This document shows, in pieces, positions 26,871-37,128 of a stretch of DNA of 64,000 bases (positions are counted from its first letter, which is position 1; every line of letters starts with the position of its first letter). The stretch is from Verrucomicrobiota bacterium (lineage in GTDB: Bacteria > Verrucomicrobiota > Verrucomicrobiia > Opitutales > Opitutaceae): the NCBI GenBank assembly GCA_030604905.1, contig JAUVVA010000002.1, forward strand, positions 8,641-72,640. The letters are read 5' to 3'. The notes beneath the pieces were generated by a model. It had not been told where the DNA came from and did no database searches. It was given only the letters and a program-made list of their open reading frames with translations. The translations under genes and the position numbers were made by a program.

Positions 26871-27809
26871 GTGTTCACCTCAGCCCAACCCATTCGCCCC
26901 GTGCCCGCCGCCGCCCCGGCGGGACCCTACTCCGATGCCGAGATCCGGGAGCGCATCGAGCGCTGTCCCAAGCTGGCTTCGCTGGAGAGCATCAATCGAA
27001 AGCTCAAGGGCCTGATCAATTCGGAGCAGAGCTACACCTCGCAGATCGCGGAGATCATCCGCCGGGATCCGTCGCTCACCGCCCGCTTGTTGCGCATGGT
27101 GAACAGCGTCTACTTCGGGCTCAGCGCCAAGGTGAACAACATTGAGGAGGCGGTGCTCTATCTGGGCCTTCGCCAGATCCGCGAGCTGTCGATGGCGACG
27201 CCGGTGATCGAGGAGTTGGAACGGCTGGGCCCGGTCTCGCCCCGGCTGCCCTGGAGGGAGCTCTGGCAACACTCGGTCGGCACCGCGCTGGTGACGCGCG
27301 AGATCCTATCCTTCACCGACCTGCTGGTTGACGACGACACCGACTACATCGTCGGGCTCTTGCACAACGTCGGCAAAGTGGTGCTCGCCACGACTTGGCC
27401 GGCGGAGTTCGAGAGGCTCGTGGAGCGCGACTACCTCTCCTGCGGGGAGGTCTGCGAGGCGGAGCGTGCGCTGATCGGCTGGGACCACGCGGCCGTGGGC
27501 GGGCACTATTTGGAACGACATCAACTGCCGCCGGAGATCGCGCAGGCCGTGCGGTTTCATGCCAATCCGGCCCAGGCCGGTGAGCACCGGCGTCTGGCCG
27601 CGGCGGTGCAGGTGGCGGATCTCGTGGTCCGCGCCACGGGCACGCCCGGCGGCTTTGAGCGCATCGATCCGCGTTCCCTCGGGCCCTGGCACGAGAGCGA
27701 GGGCTGGCGCCTGTTGTTCCCGGAGGAGACGTGGGACGCCGCGCAGGCTCGCACCGCGGTGCAACAGCTCATGGCCCGGCTCCCGGAACAGTTGAGCAAC
27801 CTGGTGTGA
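26871..27809 (+). CDS. HDOD-domain protein
   Basis: 'DPSLTARLLRMVNSVYFG', 'LWQHS', 'GLLHNVGK' and 'DHAAVG'. GTG 26871 chosen because it lies downstream of the promoter. Confidence 0.9.
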   Translation: MFTSAQPIRPVPAAAPAGPYSDAEIRERIERCPKLASLESINRKLKGLINSEQSYTSQIAEIIRRDPSLTARLLRMVNSVYFGLSAKVNNIEEAVLYLGLRQIRELSMATPVIEELERLGPVSPRLPWRELWQHSVGTALVTREILSFTDLLVDDDTDYIVGLLHNVGKVVLATTWPAEFERLVERDYLSCGEVCEAERALIGWDHAAVGGHYLERHQLPPEIAQAVRFHANPAQAGEHRRLAAAVQVADLVVRATGTPGGFERIDPRSLGPWHESEGWRLLFPEETWDAAQARTAVQQLMARLPEQLSNLV

Positions 27810-27829
27810 TCGTCCGCCGCGCCTTCGTC

Positions 27830-29767
27830 ATGGATTCGCCCCGCATCTCTCTCGTTCCTCCGGCCCACGCCGCGCCCGGCGCGCTCGCCCCGTGGGCGGA
27901 CAGCCTGGAGCTGGCGGTCCTCTACCGCTTCGAAGACCAGCGCTTGGTCGAGGTGAACCGGGCCTTCGCGCGCAAGTTTGGTCGAGCGGCGCCCAGCTGG
28001 GCGGATCATCCCGTGCTCGAGCTCATCCACCCGGAGGATCGCGCGGCCTGGAGGGAGCTCGGCCCGCGTCTGGCGCGTCCGCCTTTTCACGTCGCGCGCG
28101 AGCATCGCTGGGAAACGGCGCAGGGCTGGCGCTGGATCTCGTGGGAGGAGACCGCGGTGCGCGACGAGGACGGCATGCCGGTGGCCGTGCGGGCGATCGG
28201 GCGGGACGTGACGAAGCATCGGCTGGCCGAGGAGCACTACCGGAAGCTGGCGCAGGCCATCGAGCAAGCGCCGGTCTCCATCGCCATCACCACGCCGGGA
28301 GGCACCGCGCAGTATGTGAATTCCCGATACACCGAGGCCACCGGCTACACGCTGGAGGAGATCTTCGAGCACCAGATACCGCTGTTGCGCGAGGGGCATC
28401 GGAGCGAGGCGGCCTACCGGCGTTTCTGCGCGCTGGTCGCGTCCGGCAACAAATGGGCCGGGGAACTGCGCACGCGCCGGAAGGATGGCGGGGAGAACTG
28501 GGAGTTTGTCCAGGTGTCGCCCATCCGGGATCATCTCGACGAGGTGGCCTACCTGCTCTGCCTGAGGGAGGACATCTCGGAGCGAAAGGCGATGGAGGAG
28601 CGCCTGCGGCAGGCGCAGAAGATGGAAAGCCTCGGCAACCTGGCCGGAGGCATCGCGCACGATTTCAACAACATCATCGCGATCATCCGCGGCTTCACCG
28701 AGCTCGCCTTGTCCGAGACCGAGGGGGACGGCCGGCTCGCGCGCTATCTCAACGCGGTGCACGCGGCGGCGATGCGCGCGGCCTCGCTTGTCGGCCAGAT
28801 CCGCGCCTTCGGCATGAAATCCGAGCTCAGCTATCGTCCCGTGCGGCTGAACGAGATCGTGAGCGAACTTGCCGGCCTGATAAACGAGACTTTCCCGCGA
28901 AGCATCGATCTGCGGCTCGAGTTGGACGAGTCGCTGGAGTGTTTCTCCGCCGATCCGGATCAGTTGCGCCAGGTTTTGCTCAATCTCTGCGTCAACGCGC
29001 GGGACGCGATGCCGGAGGGCGGTCTGCTCACGATCGGCACGGGGCGCGTGCCCGGAGCGCAACTGGCGGCTCACGGGCTGGACCCCACGCTCGACTACGC
29101 GCTGCTCCGCGTCACCGACACCGGAACGGGCATGAGCCCCGAGGTGAAGGCCCGCGTCTTCGAGCCCTTTTTCACCACCAAGCAAGACAGCGGAGGCACC
29201 GGCCTTGGCCTGGCCACCGTCTACGGCAACGTCCGGAATCACCAAGGCGCGATCGAACTCGACACGGCGCCGGGTGAAGGGGCGAGTTTCCGTCTCTACC
29301 TGCCGCTGCGGGTGCGGGCGGACGAGACCGCTTCCGGTGCGGGCGCGATGGGCGAGGGGGCGGCGCTGCCCCGCGGGACCGAGCGTGTGCTGGTGGTCGA
29401 GGACGAGGCTCCGCTGCAGGACCTCCTCGGGGTCGCTCTGCGCTCCGCGGGCTACCAGGTGGAATCCGCCATGAACGGTGTCGAGGCGATCGACCGGCTC
29501 CTCCGCGGGAGTGAAAAGATCGACGCACTCGTGCTCGATCTCAACATGCCGCGGCTAGGCGGGATCGAGGTGCTCAAGATCACCCGCGAGCGTTGGCCCG
29601 AGGTCCCGGTGCTCGTGATGAGCGGCAATCTCGGCGCCGGCCTCTCCGCGGAGCTCCAGCGGGATGAACGGCAGGTGGTCATCGGAAAACCCTTCGACCT
29701 CCCGGAGTTTGGCCGCGCTCTGCGCGCTTTGCTCGACAAGACCGTGGCCCTGGCGCCCGCTTCCTAG
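27830..29767 (+). CDS. Cytoplasmic PAS-PAS hybrid histidine kinase/response regulator
   Basis: Two PAS/PAC domains; H-box 'GIAHDFNN'; 'NARDAM', 'FFTTK' and 'GTGLGLA'; REC 'LDLNMP'. Alternative GTG start at 27806. Confidence 0.93.
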   Translation: MDSPRISLVPPAHAAPGALAPWADSLELAVLYRFEDQRLVEVNRAFARKFGRAAPSWADHPVLELIHPEDRAAWRELGPRLARPPFHVAREHRWETAQGWRWISWEETAVRDEDGMPVAVRAIGRDVTKHRLAEEHYRKLAQAIEQAPVSIAITTPGGTAQYVNSRYTEATGYTLEEIFEHQIPLLREGHRSEAAYRRFCALVASGNKWAGELRTRRKDGGENWEFVQVSPIRDHLDEVAYLLCLREDISERKAMEERLRQAQKMESLGNLAGGIAHDFNNIIAIIRGFTELALSETEGDGRLARYLNAVHAAAMRAASLVGQIRAFGMKSELSYRPVRLNEIVSELAGLINETFPRSIDLRLELDESLECFSADPDQLRQVLLNLCVNARDAMPEGGLLTIGTGRVPGAQLAAHGLDPTLDYALLRVTDTGTGMSPEVKARVFEPFFTTKQDSGGTGLGLATVYGNVRNHQGAIELDTAPGEGASFRLYLPLRVRADETASGAGAMGEGAALPRGTERVLVVEDEAPLQDLLGVALRSAGYQVESAMNGVEAIDRLLRGSEKIDALVLDLNMPRLGGIEVLKITRERWPEVPVLVMSGNLGAGLSAELQRDERQVVIGKPFDLPEFGRALRALLDKTVALAPAS

Positions 29768-30030
29768 GCCGCGGGTTTCGCCCGGATCGGGTTGGTCCGC
29801 GCCGAGCCACGGCGCGAGAACGAAGCGGCCTCGCGCGAAGTCGCGAGGCTCGCGGTGAAGTGATCTGACGGCGCCCCTCAGCGGGAGCGCGTCTGGGAAG
29901 GGAGCGGAAAGCTGTCGCGTTGCCCCTTCTTTGACTGAAGGGATCCGGCATGGCTCCACCCCGGGTTCGGAGACTCCCGGTTTCTGGCCGCGACTTGATC
30001 GTCCGCCGGCGCAGCGGGGCGCTGAGCCGT

Positions 30031-30321
30031 TTAGGCGGAACCCAAGGGGCGCTCCGTGCGAGGGCGGGGAGAGCCGAGGATGAGCAGGCAAAACGCGGCG
30101 GCGAAGAGTCCGATCAAGTCCGGGTGCCGCCAAACGAGGACCGCTCCGCTCGCGACCGAGAGGAAAGCGAGCGCCCTGCCGCCGCGGGACGAAAGGTGGA
30201 GACGGAAAAGGCCGCCCCGGGATGCACGGGCGCGGCGACGGTGCACGCGTTTGGTCCGGCGCTCGCGCCCGGGCGTGCAGGGAAGGGTGGGGCCGGGTTG
30301 TGCGGCCAGAAGCGGATTCAT
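30031..30321 (-). CDS. Small hypothetical membrane protein coupled to cheW
   Basis: ATG overlaps the cheW stop (TGATG); two hydrophobic stretches; 96 aa. Confidence 0.4.
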   Translation of the reverse strand: MNPLLAAQPGPTLPCTPGRERRTKRVHRRRARASRGGLFRLHLSSRGGRALAFLSVASGAVLVWRHPDLIGLFAAAFCLLILGSPRPRTERPLGSA

Positions 30322-30815
30322 CAGGCGTGGGCGAGGCGTTCGATGGTCTCGGGGGCGACAACCCGCTCGATATCGAGCAGGGTCTTCACCACGCCCTTCA
30401 CTTTGGCGAGGCCGAGCAAGTAGGACGTGTCGATGCGGGCGCCGAACTCCGGCGTGGGCTCGATCTCCGCCCCGGTGAGGCTGACCACCTCCTCCACGCT
30501 GTCGACGACCAGGCCCATCTGCACGTTGCGAGCGGCGTCGAGCGTGATCTGCACGACGACCACGCAGGTGCGCTCGGCGAGCTCCGCCTTGAGGCCAAAC
30601 TTTATCCGCAGATCGATCACCGGAATCACGCGGCCGCGCAGATTGATGACGCCTTTCACGAAGACCGGCATCTGCGGCACGGGGGTGATTTTTTGGAGCC
30701 GGATGATCTCGCGGACCTTGAGGACGGCGATGCCGTAGGCCTCGTTGTCGAGGACGACGGTGAGGTATTTGCCCGCGAGGCGGGCGGTGTCGTGGGTGGA
30801 GGGGAGTGAACTCAT
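30321..30815 (-). CDS. cheW: Chemotaxis coupling protein CheW
   Basis: 'VREII', 'GVINLRGRVIPVIDLR' and 'GLVVDSVEEV'. Confidence 0.96.
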   Translation of the reverse strand: MSSLPSTHDTARLAGKYLTVVLDNEAYGIAVLKVREIIRLQKITPVPQMPVFVKGVINLRGRVIPVIDLRIKFGLKAELAERTCVVVVQITLDAARNVQMGLVVDSVEEVVSLTGAEIEPTPEFGARIDTSYLLGLAKVKGVVKTLLDIERVVAPETIERLAHA

Positions 30816-30871
30816 GGGCTCGGAGCGAGTTGAAGAGGCTGGGTTGGGCGCGCGAAGGTTTCGGGTGTCTC

Positions 30872-30898
30872 CAATCGGCGCGTTCTCGCGGAGCTTGA
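30872..30898 (-). promoter_or_regulatory. sigma28-type promoter of cheW
   Basis: TCAA-N15-GCCGATTG. Confidence 0.7.
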
Positions 30899-30921
30899 GC
30901 GGAGATTGCGGCAAACGGCGC

Positions 30922-30948
30922 TAAAGTCGCTCCGGGCCGTGCCGAAGC
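30922..30948 (+). promoter_or_regulatory. sigma28-type promoter of cheA
   Basis: TAAA-N15-GCCGAAGC, divergent from the cheW promoter. Confidence 0.65.
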
Positions 30949-30990
30949 TACTCGCGGGACGTGTCCGCTGTGGACCGCGCCCGGCTCCCG

Positions 30991-33156
30991 ATGTCGCTCA
31001 ACGCCTCCACCTTCGCCCTGCTCGACGATCTTTCCAGCCGGCTCGCCGCCGAGTCCATTTTCGTCAAGGCGGGGAGCGACGAGGGCTTGATCCCCTCCTA
31101 CAGCCTGCTCACGGACCTGGTTGCGCAGCTGGGGGCCGACAGCGTGCTCGGCGCCCCCTTGAGGGCTTTGCACACGCGGCTCGACGCCTTGCTCGACGCC
31201 GCGCGGCCGTGGGACGCCGAGGCCGAGCAAGCGCTGCGCGATACGGTGGCGTGGTTGCCCGACGCTCTCGCCGCGGAGCGCGCGGGAGCCAGGGTCGCCG
31301 CTCCCGGGGCGCCGGCCGGCCACCCGCCCCAGGCGGCCTGCCTCGGCGGGTCGGTGCTGGCGGGCGAGCCCGCGCGGGTCGATGCGGACCCCGGGGCCGG
31401 GCCCGACGCATCCGCCGAGCCCGAGGAGGTGCTTTCGCTCTCACTGGAGGAGAACCGCGAATTGCTCGGCGAATTCCAGGTCGAGGCGCTCGATCACCTG
31501 CAGCAGATCGAGGCCGCCCTCTTGGTGCTCGATTCCGCGCCGGATGATCGCGACGCGCTGAACGGGCTCTTTCGCTCCTTCCACACGCTCAAGGGCGTTT
31601 CGGGTTTCCTGCATCTCGGTCCGATGCACCGCCTCGCGCATGAGGTGGAGACGCTGCTTGATCTTGCGCGCACGGACCGCTTGCGCCTCACGCCGCCGAT
31701 CATCACCGAGATCCTGCGCAGTCGCGACGCGATCCAGGAGATGACCGCTCAGATCACGCTCGCGCTCGAGCGCGGCACGATGCCGGACAAAGCCGTGCCG
31801 GTTTCGCACCTGGTGGCCGCGGTGCGCCGTCTGGCGGCGGGCGAGCCGTCGCCTGCGCCACGCTCGCCCGCGGCGGCCCCGCCTCCCGCCGGGGCGTTGG
31901 CTGAGGCTCTCGAGGGCGAAAAGGTCGCGTCCCCGCAGCCGGCGGCGCCGTCCTCGGCAAGCCACGAGGCGGGCGCCCCCGTCGCCCGCCCGGCCGCGGC
32001 CATGGCCTCCTCGGTGCGGGTCAACACGGAAAAACTCGACTCGCTCGTGGACGTGGTCGGCGAGCTCGTGATCGTGCAGAGTCAGCTGCAGGAGTCCGCT
32101 CGCCGACCCGAGGACGGCGGCTCCTCGCTGACGCGCAACCTCGCCCAGCTCGGCCGCATCACCAAGGAGCTGCAGCTCACCGCGATGTCGCTGCGCATGG
32201 TGCCGATCAAGCCGACCTTCCAACGCATGGAGCGGCTCGTGCGCGATCTCTCGCGCGAGTTTGGAAAACCCTGCCTCTTTGAGACGCGTGGCGAGGAGAC
32301 CGAGCTCGATCGCACGGTCGTCGAGGAGATCGTGGACCCGCTGGTGCACATGGTGCGAAACTCGCTCGATCACGGTCTCGAGACGCCGGAGGCGCGCCGC
32401 GCCGCGGGCAAGCCCGAGCAGGGGCGCCTGCGCCTTTCGGCCGGCCACGAGGGGAGCAACCTGGTGATCGAGCTCTCCGACGACGGGCGCGGCATCGATC
32501 GGGCCCGCGTGCTGGCCAAGGCGCGGGCGCAGGGCTTGGTGCAGGACGGCGTGAACCTCAGCCCCGAGGAGATCTGCGGGTTGATTTTCCTGCCCGGCTT
32601 TTCCACCGCCGAAAAAGTCACGGCGGTGTCGGGCCGCGGCGTGGGCATGGACGTGGTGAAGCGCAACATCGAGCGCCTGCGCGGCCAGATCCAGATCGAG
32701 AGCGAGCTCGGGCGCGGGACGACCTTTCGCATCCGGCTGCCGCTCACGACCGCGATCATCGACGGGTTGCTCGTGCGGGTCGGCGAGGATCGGTTCATTC
32801 TCCCCACGATCACCGTCCAGGTGGCGCTGCGGCCCTCGCGCGAGGCCTTGGCGACCGTGCAAGGCCGCGGGGAGGTGCTCGACCATCGGGGCAAGATCCT
32901 GCCGCTGCACCGGCTGCATCGCATCTTTGGCGTGGAGGGCGCGGTCGAGGACCCGGCCGCGGCGATCGTGGTGATCGTCGAGGTGGGCCGCCGATGCTAC
33001 GCCCTGCTCGTGGACGAGTTGCTCAACAAGCAGGAGGTGGTGATCAAGAACCTCGGCGCGTATCTGCAAGGGCGTCCGGGCGTCGCCGGCGGAGCGATCC
33101 TCGGCGACGGCAGCATCGCGTTGATTCTCGACCCGGCCTCGCTCTGCGGAAGCTGA
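30991..33156 (+). CDS. cheA: Chemotaxis histidine kinase CheA
   Basis: Hpt 'FRSFHTLKG'; 'HMVRNSLDHG', 'DDGRG' and 'GRGVGMDVV'; C-terminal CheW domain. Start could be 30961, 30970 or 30991. Confidence 0.96.
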   Translation: MSLNASTFALLDDLSSRLAAESIFVKAGSDEGLIPSYSLLTDLVAQLGADSVLGAPLRALHTRLDALLDAARPWDAEAEQALRDTVAWLPDALAAERAGARVAAPGAPAGHPPQAACLGGSVLAGEPARVDADPGAGPDASAEPEEVLSLSLEENRELLGEFQVEALDHLQQIEAALLVLDSAPDDRDALNGLFRSFHTLKGVSGFLHLGPMHRLAHEVETLLDLARTDRLRLTPPIITEILRSRDAIQEMTAQITLALERGTMPDKAVPVSHLVAAVRRLAAGEPSPAPRSPAAAPPPAGALAEALEGEKVASPQPAAPSSASHEAGAPVARPAAAMASSVRVNTEKLDSLVDVVGELVIVQSQLQESARRPEDGGSSLTRNLAQLGRITKELQLTAMSLRMVPIKPTFQRMERLVRDLSREFGKPCLFETRGEETELDRTVVEEIVDPLVHMVRNSLDHGLETPEARRAAGKPEQGRLRLSAGHEGSNLVIELSDDGRGIDRARVLAKARAQGLVQDGVNLSPEEICGLIFLPGFSTAEKVTAVSGRGVGMDVVKRNIERLRGQIQIESELGRGTTFRIRLPLTTAIIDGLLVRVGEDRFILPTITVQVALRPSREALATVQGRGEVLDHRGKILPLHRLHRIFGVEGAVEDPAAAIVVIVEVGRRCYALLVDELLNKQEVVIKNLGAYLQGRPGVAGGAILGDGSIALILDPASLCGS

Positions 33157-33211
33157 GGCGCCGCCCGGCACGCCCGGCGCGGCTTCGGCGCCCACGTTTT
33201 TTTTCCCAACC

Positions 33212-34078
33212 ATGCCCAGCCTAGACGACGTTTGTGTCCGCGCCCTCTCCTTGCCCTGCTCGCCGGCGCTTTTGCCCCGGCTCGCGGCGTTGCTGGAGCG
33301 CCCCGACACCGATATTGAGGAGCTCGCGGGTTTGGTCGGCTTGGATCCCGTGCTCGCCAGCGCGACGCTGCGTATGGCCAACTCGGTCTACTTCGGGGGC
33401 GGCGCCCCGGTGGAGACGGTCAACCAAGCGGTGATGCGCCTGGGCATGCGGGAACTCTACCGGCTCGCCGCGCTGTCGCTGGCTTCGCGTTGGATGGCGA
33501 TCGAGGTGGATGGCTACCGGTGGGAGGCGGGGGACTCTTGCCGCGGCTCCCTCGTGTGCGCGCTTGCCGCCGAGGCCTTGGCGCAGGCCACGGGGCGGGT
33601 GGATCCGACCCTCGCCTACACGGCGGGGCTGGTGCACGAGATCGGCAAGCTCGCCATCGCCTTCTCCTGCGCCGAGTCCTTTCCCGCGATCCGGGCCCGG
33701 AGACAGGAGAGCGGGGGTTCCTGGATCGAGGCGGAGACCCGCGTGTTGGGCTTCAACCATGCGATGGTGAGCGCGCGGCTGCTTCGGGAATGGAGTTTTC
33801 CCGATGCCTGTGTCGCGGTCGCCGAGCACAACCCGCCGGATGCCGCCCTGCCGGCGGCGTATCGCCCGCTCGCCGCCCATGTGCACGCCGCGCAACACCT
33901 GGCCGCCGCCTTTGGCGCGGGGCAGGGGGAAGACGCGTTCCTGTTTCGTCTGAACTCCGGCCTGCTGGAGGAGCACGGACTCGATGGAGCCTTGCTCGAG
34001 CGCACGCTGCCGCAGGTGCTGGAGCGCGCCACCCGGTTGCTCGGCGGGCGTTTGAACGAGGGCCCGGTCTTGTTTTGA
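33212..34078 (+). CDS. HDOD-domain protein
   Basis: 'DPVLASATLRMANSVYFG', 'AGLVHEIGKL' and 'GFNHA'. Confidence 0.9.
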   Translation: MPSLDDVCVRALSLPCSPALLPRLAALLERPDTDIEELAGLVGLDPVLASATLRMANSVYFGGGAPVETVNQAVMRLGMRELYRLAALSLASRWMAIEVDGYRWEAGDSCRGSLVCALAAEALAQATGRVDPTLAYTAGLVHEIGKLAIAFSCAESFPAIRARRQESGGSWIEAETRVLGFNHAMVSARLLREWSFPDACVAVAEHNPPDAALPAAYRPLAAHVHAAQHLAAAFGAGQGEDAFLFRLNSGLLEEHGLDGALLERTLPQVLERATRLLGGRLNEGPVLF

Positions 34079-34178
34079 TTCGTCGCAGCGCGAGGGCCGG
34101 GACGGCGAAGCCAATGCCGCCGTCCGAGCGAAAAGGGCGCACCTCGCTGCACCGCCGCCCGGCTGCATTAATGCCGTC

Positions 34179-34700
34179 TCAGGCCATCGAGACCTGGAAG
34201 GTGCGCTCGGGGGTCTTCACTGTGAGCTGGCCCCTGCCGAGGTCGAGGTGGAGGGTTCGGTTGACGAAGCCGCCGACCTCGAAGCCGACAACCTGGCAGG
34301 CATAGACGCCCAGGATGCGGCGCACGGCCGCGGCGTTTCGTTCGCCGATCTGAAAAGAGTCGGGACCGGAAAGCACCGAGGCGCCGCCGGCCACATAGAG
34401 CCGTGTGCGTGCGCGCTGGGCGCGCACGCCCAGGAGCGCGTTGAAGAGGGCGGGGATGCCGGTGTCGGCAAACATGGCCGGTTGCTTCGCGGCTTTCTCG
34501 GTCGAGATCGTGGAGTCGGGCAGCATCAGGTGCAACAGCCCCGCGGCGCGAGCGAGGGGGTCGAAGGCCACGATGCCGATGCAGGAGCCCAGGGCGTAGG
34601 TGCTTAGCACCGCGGACTGTTGGTTGGTCACCGCAAGCTCCGCCACGCCGACGACGATGCGAGGGGTGAAAATCGAGGCGATGGTGGGGGAGCCGGACAT
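34179..34700 (-). CDS. cheD: Chemoreceptor glutamine deamidase CheD
   Basis: 'LGSCIG', 'HLMLP', 'FADTGI', 'GGA' and 'IGERN'. Confidence 0.93.
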   Translation of the reverse strand: MSGSPTIASIFTPRIVVGVAELAVTNQQSAVLSTYALGSCIGIVAFDPLARAAGLLHLMLPDSTISTEKAAKQPAMFADTGIPALFNALLGVRAQRARTRLYVAGGASVLSGPDSFQIGERNAAAVRRILGVYACQVVGFEVGGFVNRTLHLDLGRGQLTVKTPERTFQVSMA

Positions 34701-34706
34701 GGGCGA

Positions 34707-35981
34707 TCAGAGGTAGATCAAGAAACGAGGTTCGAGCGGGTCGACGAGCTGATGGCTGCGAATGCGCGCGATGGTGGAGTGGCTCAGGGGCTGGCCTTCT
34801 CCGACCAGCAGCAGCCCCTGGGGACTGTAGATCCCGTTCGCCAGCACCATGCCGGGCTTGAGCTCCTCGGCGCCAAGCTCCCGCACCGGGCGGGGAAGCG
34901 TGTCGAGCCGGGTCGTGCCGAGGAAAAGCCGGACGGCCAGGGGATCGAGCGCGCGTCCGGTCTCGCGTTCGAGCGCGGCCGCCGCCCCCGGGCCGTTCAG
35001 ACCGGACTCCGCGACCCAGACGGCGACGGCGAGGCAGCGCGCGACGCGTGGTATCGCGGCGCCCGAACGGCCGTCGGGATAACCGCTCCCGTCGAAGCGC
35101 TCGTGGTGGGCGCGGATGGTCTCGCCGAGACGGGCCCGGTCATCGAGGTGGGCGGCGAGGGTTTGGCTGTAGATGGGGTGGTAGTGCAGGGCGTCGAGCT
35201 CCGGCCTGCCCAGCCGCGAGGGATCGACGTGGAGCTGCTGGAGCATGGCGCGCGGCAAAGCGATGAGGCCGAGGTCGCAGAGCCGGCCGGCGACGCGCAG
35301 GAGGTCTCGTTCTTCCGCGTCGAGAAAGTCCGCCGCGCCCGCCATCCGGGCCGAGAGATCGGCGATCGTGCGCGCCTTTCGGCCAAGCAGGGGATCGTAG
35401 GTATCCAGCAACTGGAGACAGAGCTCCAGCGAACGGTCCTGACGCGAGAGCTTGTCCCGCGTGGCGAGCGCGAGGGCCCGCTTCGTCTCGTCGAGCTGGG
35501 CGACCTGCTCGGCGAGTGCGCCGTCCGCGGCCGCGATCCGCTGCTTTAGCTCGGCCGTCTCCAGGAGCAGACGCTCGTTTTGCACCACAAGTTCGTGGCG
35601 GTTGATGGCGTTGCGCACCGTCGCGATCAATTCCTCCCGGAGCCAGGGCTTGGCGAGGAAGCGGTAGATTTCGCCTTTGTTCATCGCGTCGACCAGCGTG
35701 GGCAGGGAGAGCGCGGCGGTGATCAGCACCCGCGTGGCGTGGGGCTGGAGCTGGCGGCATTCGATCAGCAGGTCCATGCCCGACATCGCCGGCATGAGGT
35801 GATCGGTGAGCACGACGGCGAAGTCCCGCTGGCGAAGCAGTTCCAGCGCATGGCGAGGATCGGGCGAAGCGCAGACGGCAAAGCCTTGTCGCTCGAGCAC
35901 CTCCTTCAAGGCGGCGAGCACGCGTGGCTCGTCGTCTACCACGAGCAGGGTGCGAGAATGCTCAGGGCCGGTCGGGGGCAT
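34707..35981 (-). CDS. Response regulator REC-coiled coil-HD-GYP-like (degenerate HD)
   Basis: REC 'VVDDE…TDHLMP…KPW'; 'HHERFDGSGYP' present, but the HD position reads 'LCDLG'. Confidence 0.85.
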   Translation of the reverse strand: MPPTGPEHSRTLLVVDDEPRVLAALKEVLERQGFAVCASPDPRHALELLRQRDFAVVLTDHLMPAMSGMDLLIECRQLQPHATRVLITAALSLPTLVDAMNKGEIYRFLAKPWLREELIATVRNAINRHELVVQNERLLLETAELKQRIAAADGALAEQVAQLDETKRALALATRDKLSRQDRSLELCLQLLDTYDPLLGRKARTIADLSARMAGAADFLDAEERDLLRVAGRLCDLGLIALPRAMLQQLHVDPSRLGRPELDALHYHPIYSQTLAAHLDDRARLGETIRAHHERFDGSGYPDGRSGAAIPRVARCLAVAVWVAESGLNGPGAAAALERETGRALDPLAVRLFLGTTRLDTLPRPVRELGAEELKPGMVLANGIYSPQGLLLVGEGQPLSHSTIARIRSHQLVDPLEPRFLIYL

Positions 35982-37119
35982 GGGCGGTTGGGTCTCCCGG
36001 CGCCGGGGCTGGCGACGGAGCCGAGGCGAGGCGCACGATGTGCTCGGCGATGTGGTCGAGGGAAATCTGGCGAGCGGCGGCGCCGTTTTCCCAAGCCTCG
36101 CGGGGCATGCCGTAAACCACGCTGCTCGCTTCGTCTTGGGCAAAGGTGGCCGCGCCGGCGCGGCGCAGGCGCAGGAGGCCTTCGGCGCCGTCCTTGCCCA
36201 TCCCGGTGAGCACGCCGGCGACGGCGTGGCGGGCATTGGCCTCGGGGAGCGATTTGAACAAGATGTCCACCGCGGGGCGCTGGTGCCAGACCTGCGGGCC
36301 GGAGTTGAGCTCCACGCGGTAGCCCGCGCCGCCCCAGCGGACGAGCAGGTGGAAGTTGCCCGGGGCGACGAGCGCCGTTCCGGGCCGGAGCGCATGGCCG
36401 TTTTCCGCTTCGTGCACCGGGAAGGCGCAGAGGCTGTTGAGCCGCTCCGCGAAGGCGCGCGAGAAGTGAGGCGGGATGTGCTGCACGATCGCGATGGGCG
36501 GCAGGCCGGCGGGCAGACGCACGAGCACTTCGCGAAGGGCCTCGGTGCCGCCGGTGGAGGCGCCGAGCAGGATGATGCGGCGCGGGTCGGGCGCGGCGGA
36601 GGGGGAGGGGAGTCGCGAGGGGGGGTGCGCGTCGGCGACGGGGCCTGTCGGCGTGTGCGGGGCGCGGGCGGACGCGGCGGGCGGGCCGGGGGAGGCCGGG
36701 GCGGGGCGGTGCAGGCGGGCGCGGGCGGCCGCGCGGACGGCGAGCACGAGGCGGGGCCCAAGTTCGCCGAAGCTGTAGGGCCCGCCGGGCTTGGCGAGCA
36801 CTTCGACCGCGCCGAGACGAAGCGCCTCGAGGGCGTGGCGCGAGTTTTCCTGCGTAAGCGAGCTCATCACGATGGTCGGCGTCGGCCGCTCGCGCATCAG
36901 GATGCCGAGAAAGGTGATCCCGTCCATGCGCGGCATCTCGAGGTCGAGCGTGAGCACGTCGGGCGAGAGCTGCTTGATCTTGTCTTTCGCGATGAAGGGA
37001 TCGCCGGCGCTGCCCACGACCTCGATGTCGGGCTCGGCGGCGAGCGTCTCGGACACGGCGCGGCGGACGACGGCGGAGTCGTCGATCACGAGCACGCGGA
37101 TCGGGCGGGTGGCGGCCAT
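35962..37119 (-). CDS. cheB: Chemotaxis methylesterase CheB
   Basis: REC 'LDLEMP'; 'GASTGG', 'VQHIP' and 'LTGMGKDG'. Confidence 0.96.
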   Translation of the reverse strand: MAATRPIRVLVIDDSAVVRRAVSETLAAEPDIEVVGSAGDPFIAKDKIKQLSPDVLTLDLEMPRMDGITFLGILMRERPTPTIVMSSLTQENSRHALEALRLGAVEVLAKPGGPYSFGELGPRLVLAVRAAARARLHRPAPASPGPPAASARAPHTPTGPVADAHPPSRLPSPSAAPDPRRIILLGASTGGTEALREVLVRLPAGLPPIAIVQHIPPHFSRAFAERLNSLCAFPVHEAENGHALRPGTALVAPGNFHLLVRWGGAGYRVELNSGPQVWHQRPAVDILFKSLPEANARHAVAGVLTGMGKDGAEGLLRLRRAGAATFAQDEASSVVYGMPREAWENGAAARQISLDHIAEHIVRLASAPSPAPAPGDPTAHAPDRP

Positions 37120-37128
37120 GGCGGGCGG

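Noticed and set aside
29860-29990. c-di-GMP riboswitch or 6S RNA
   Set aside because: I could not match the GEMM or 6S consensus by eye; an Infernal search is needed.
33155-33205. Terminator between cheA and HDOD
   Set aside because: A T8 tract is present, but the stem is short and offset from it; it may just be the pyrimidine-rich leader of the HDOD gene.
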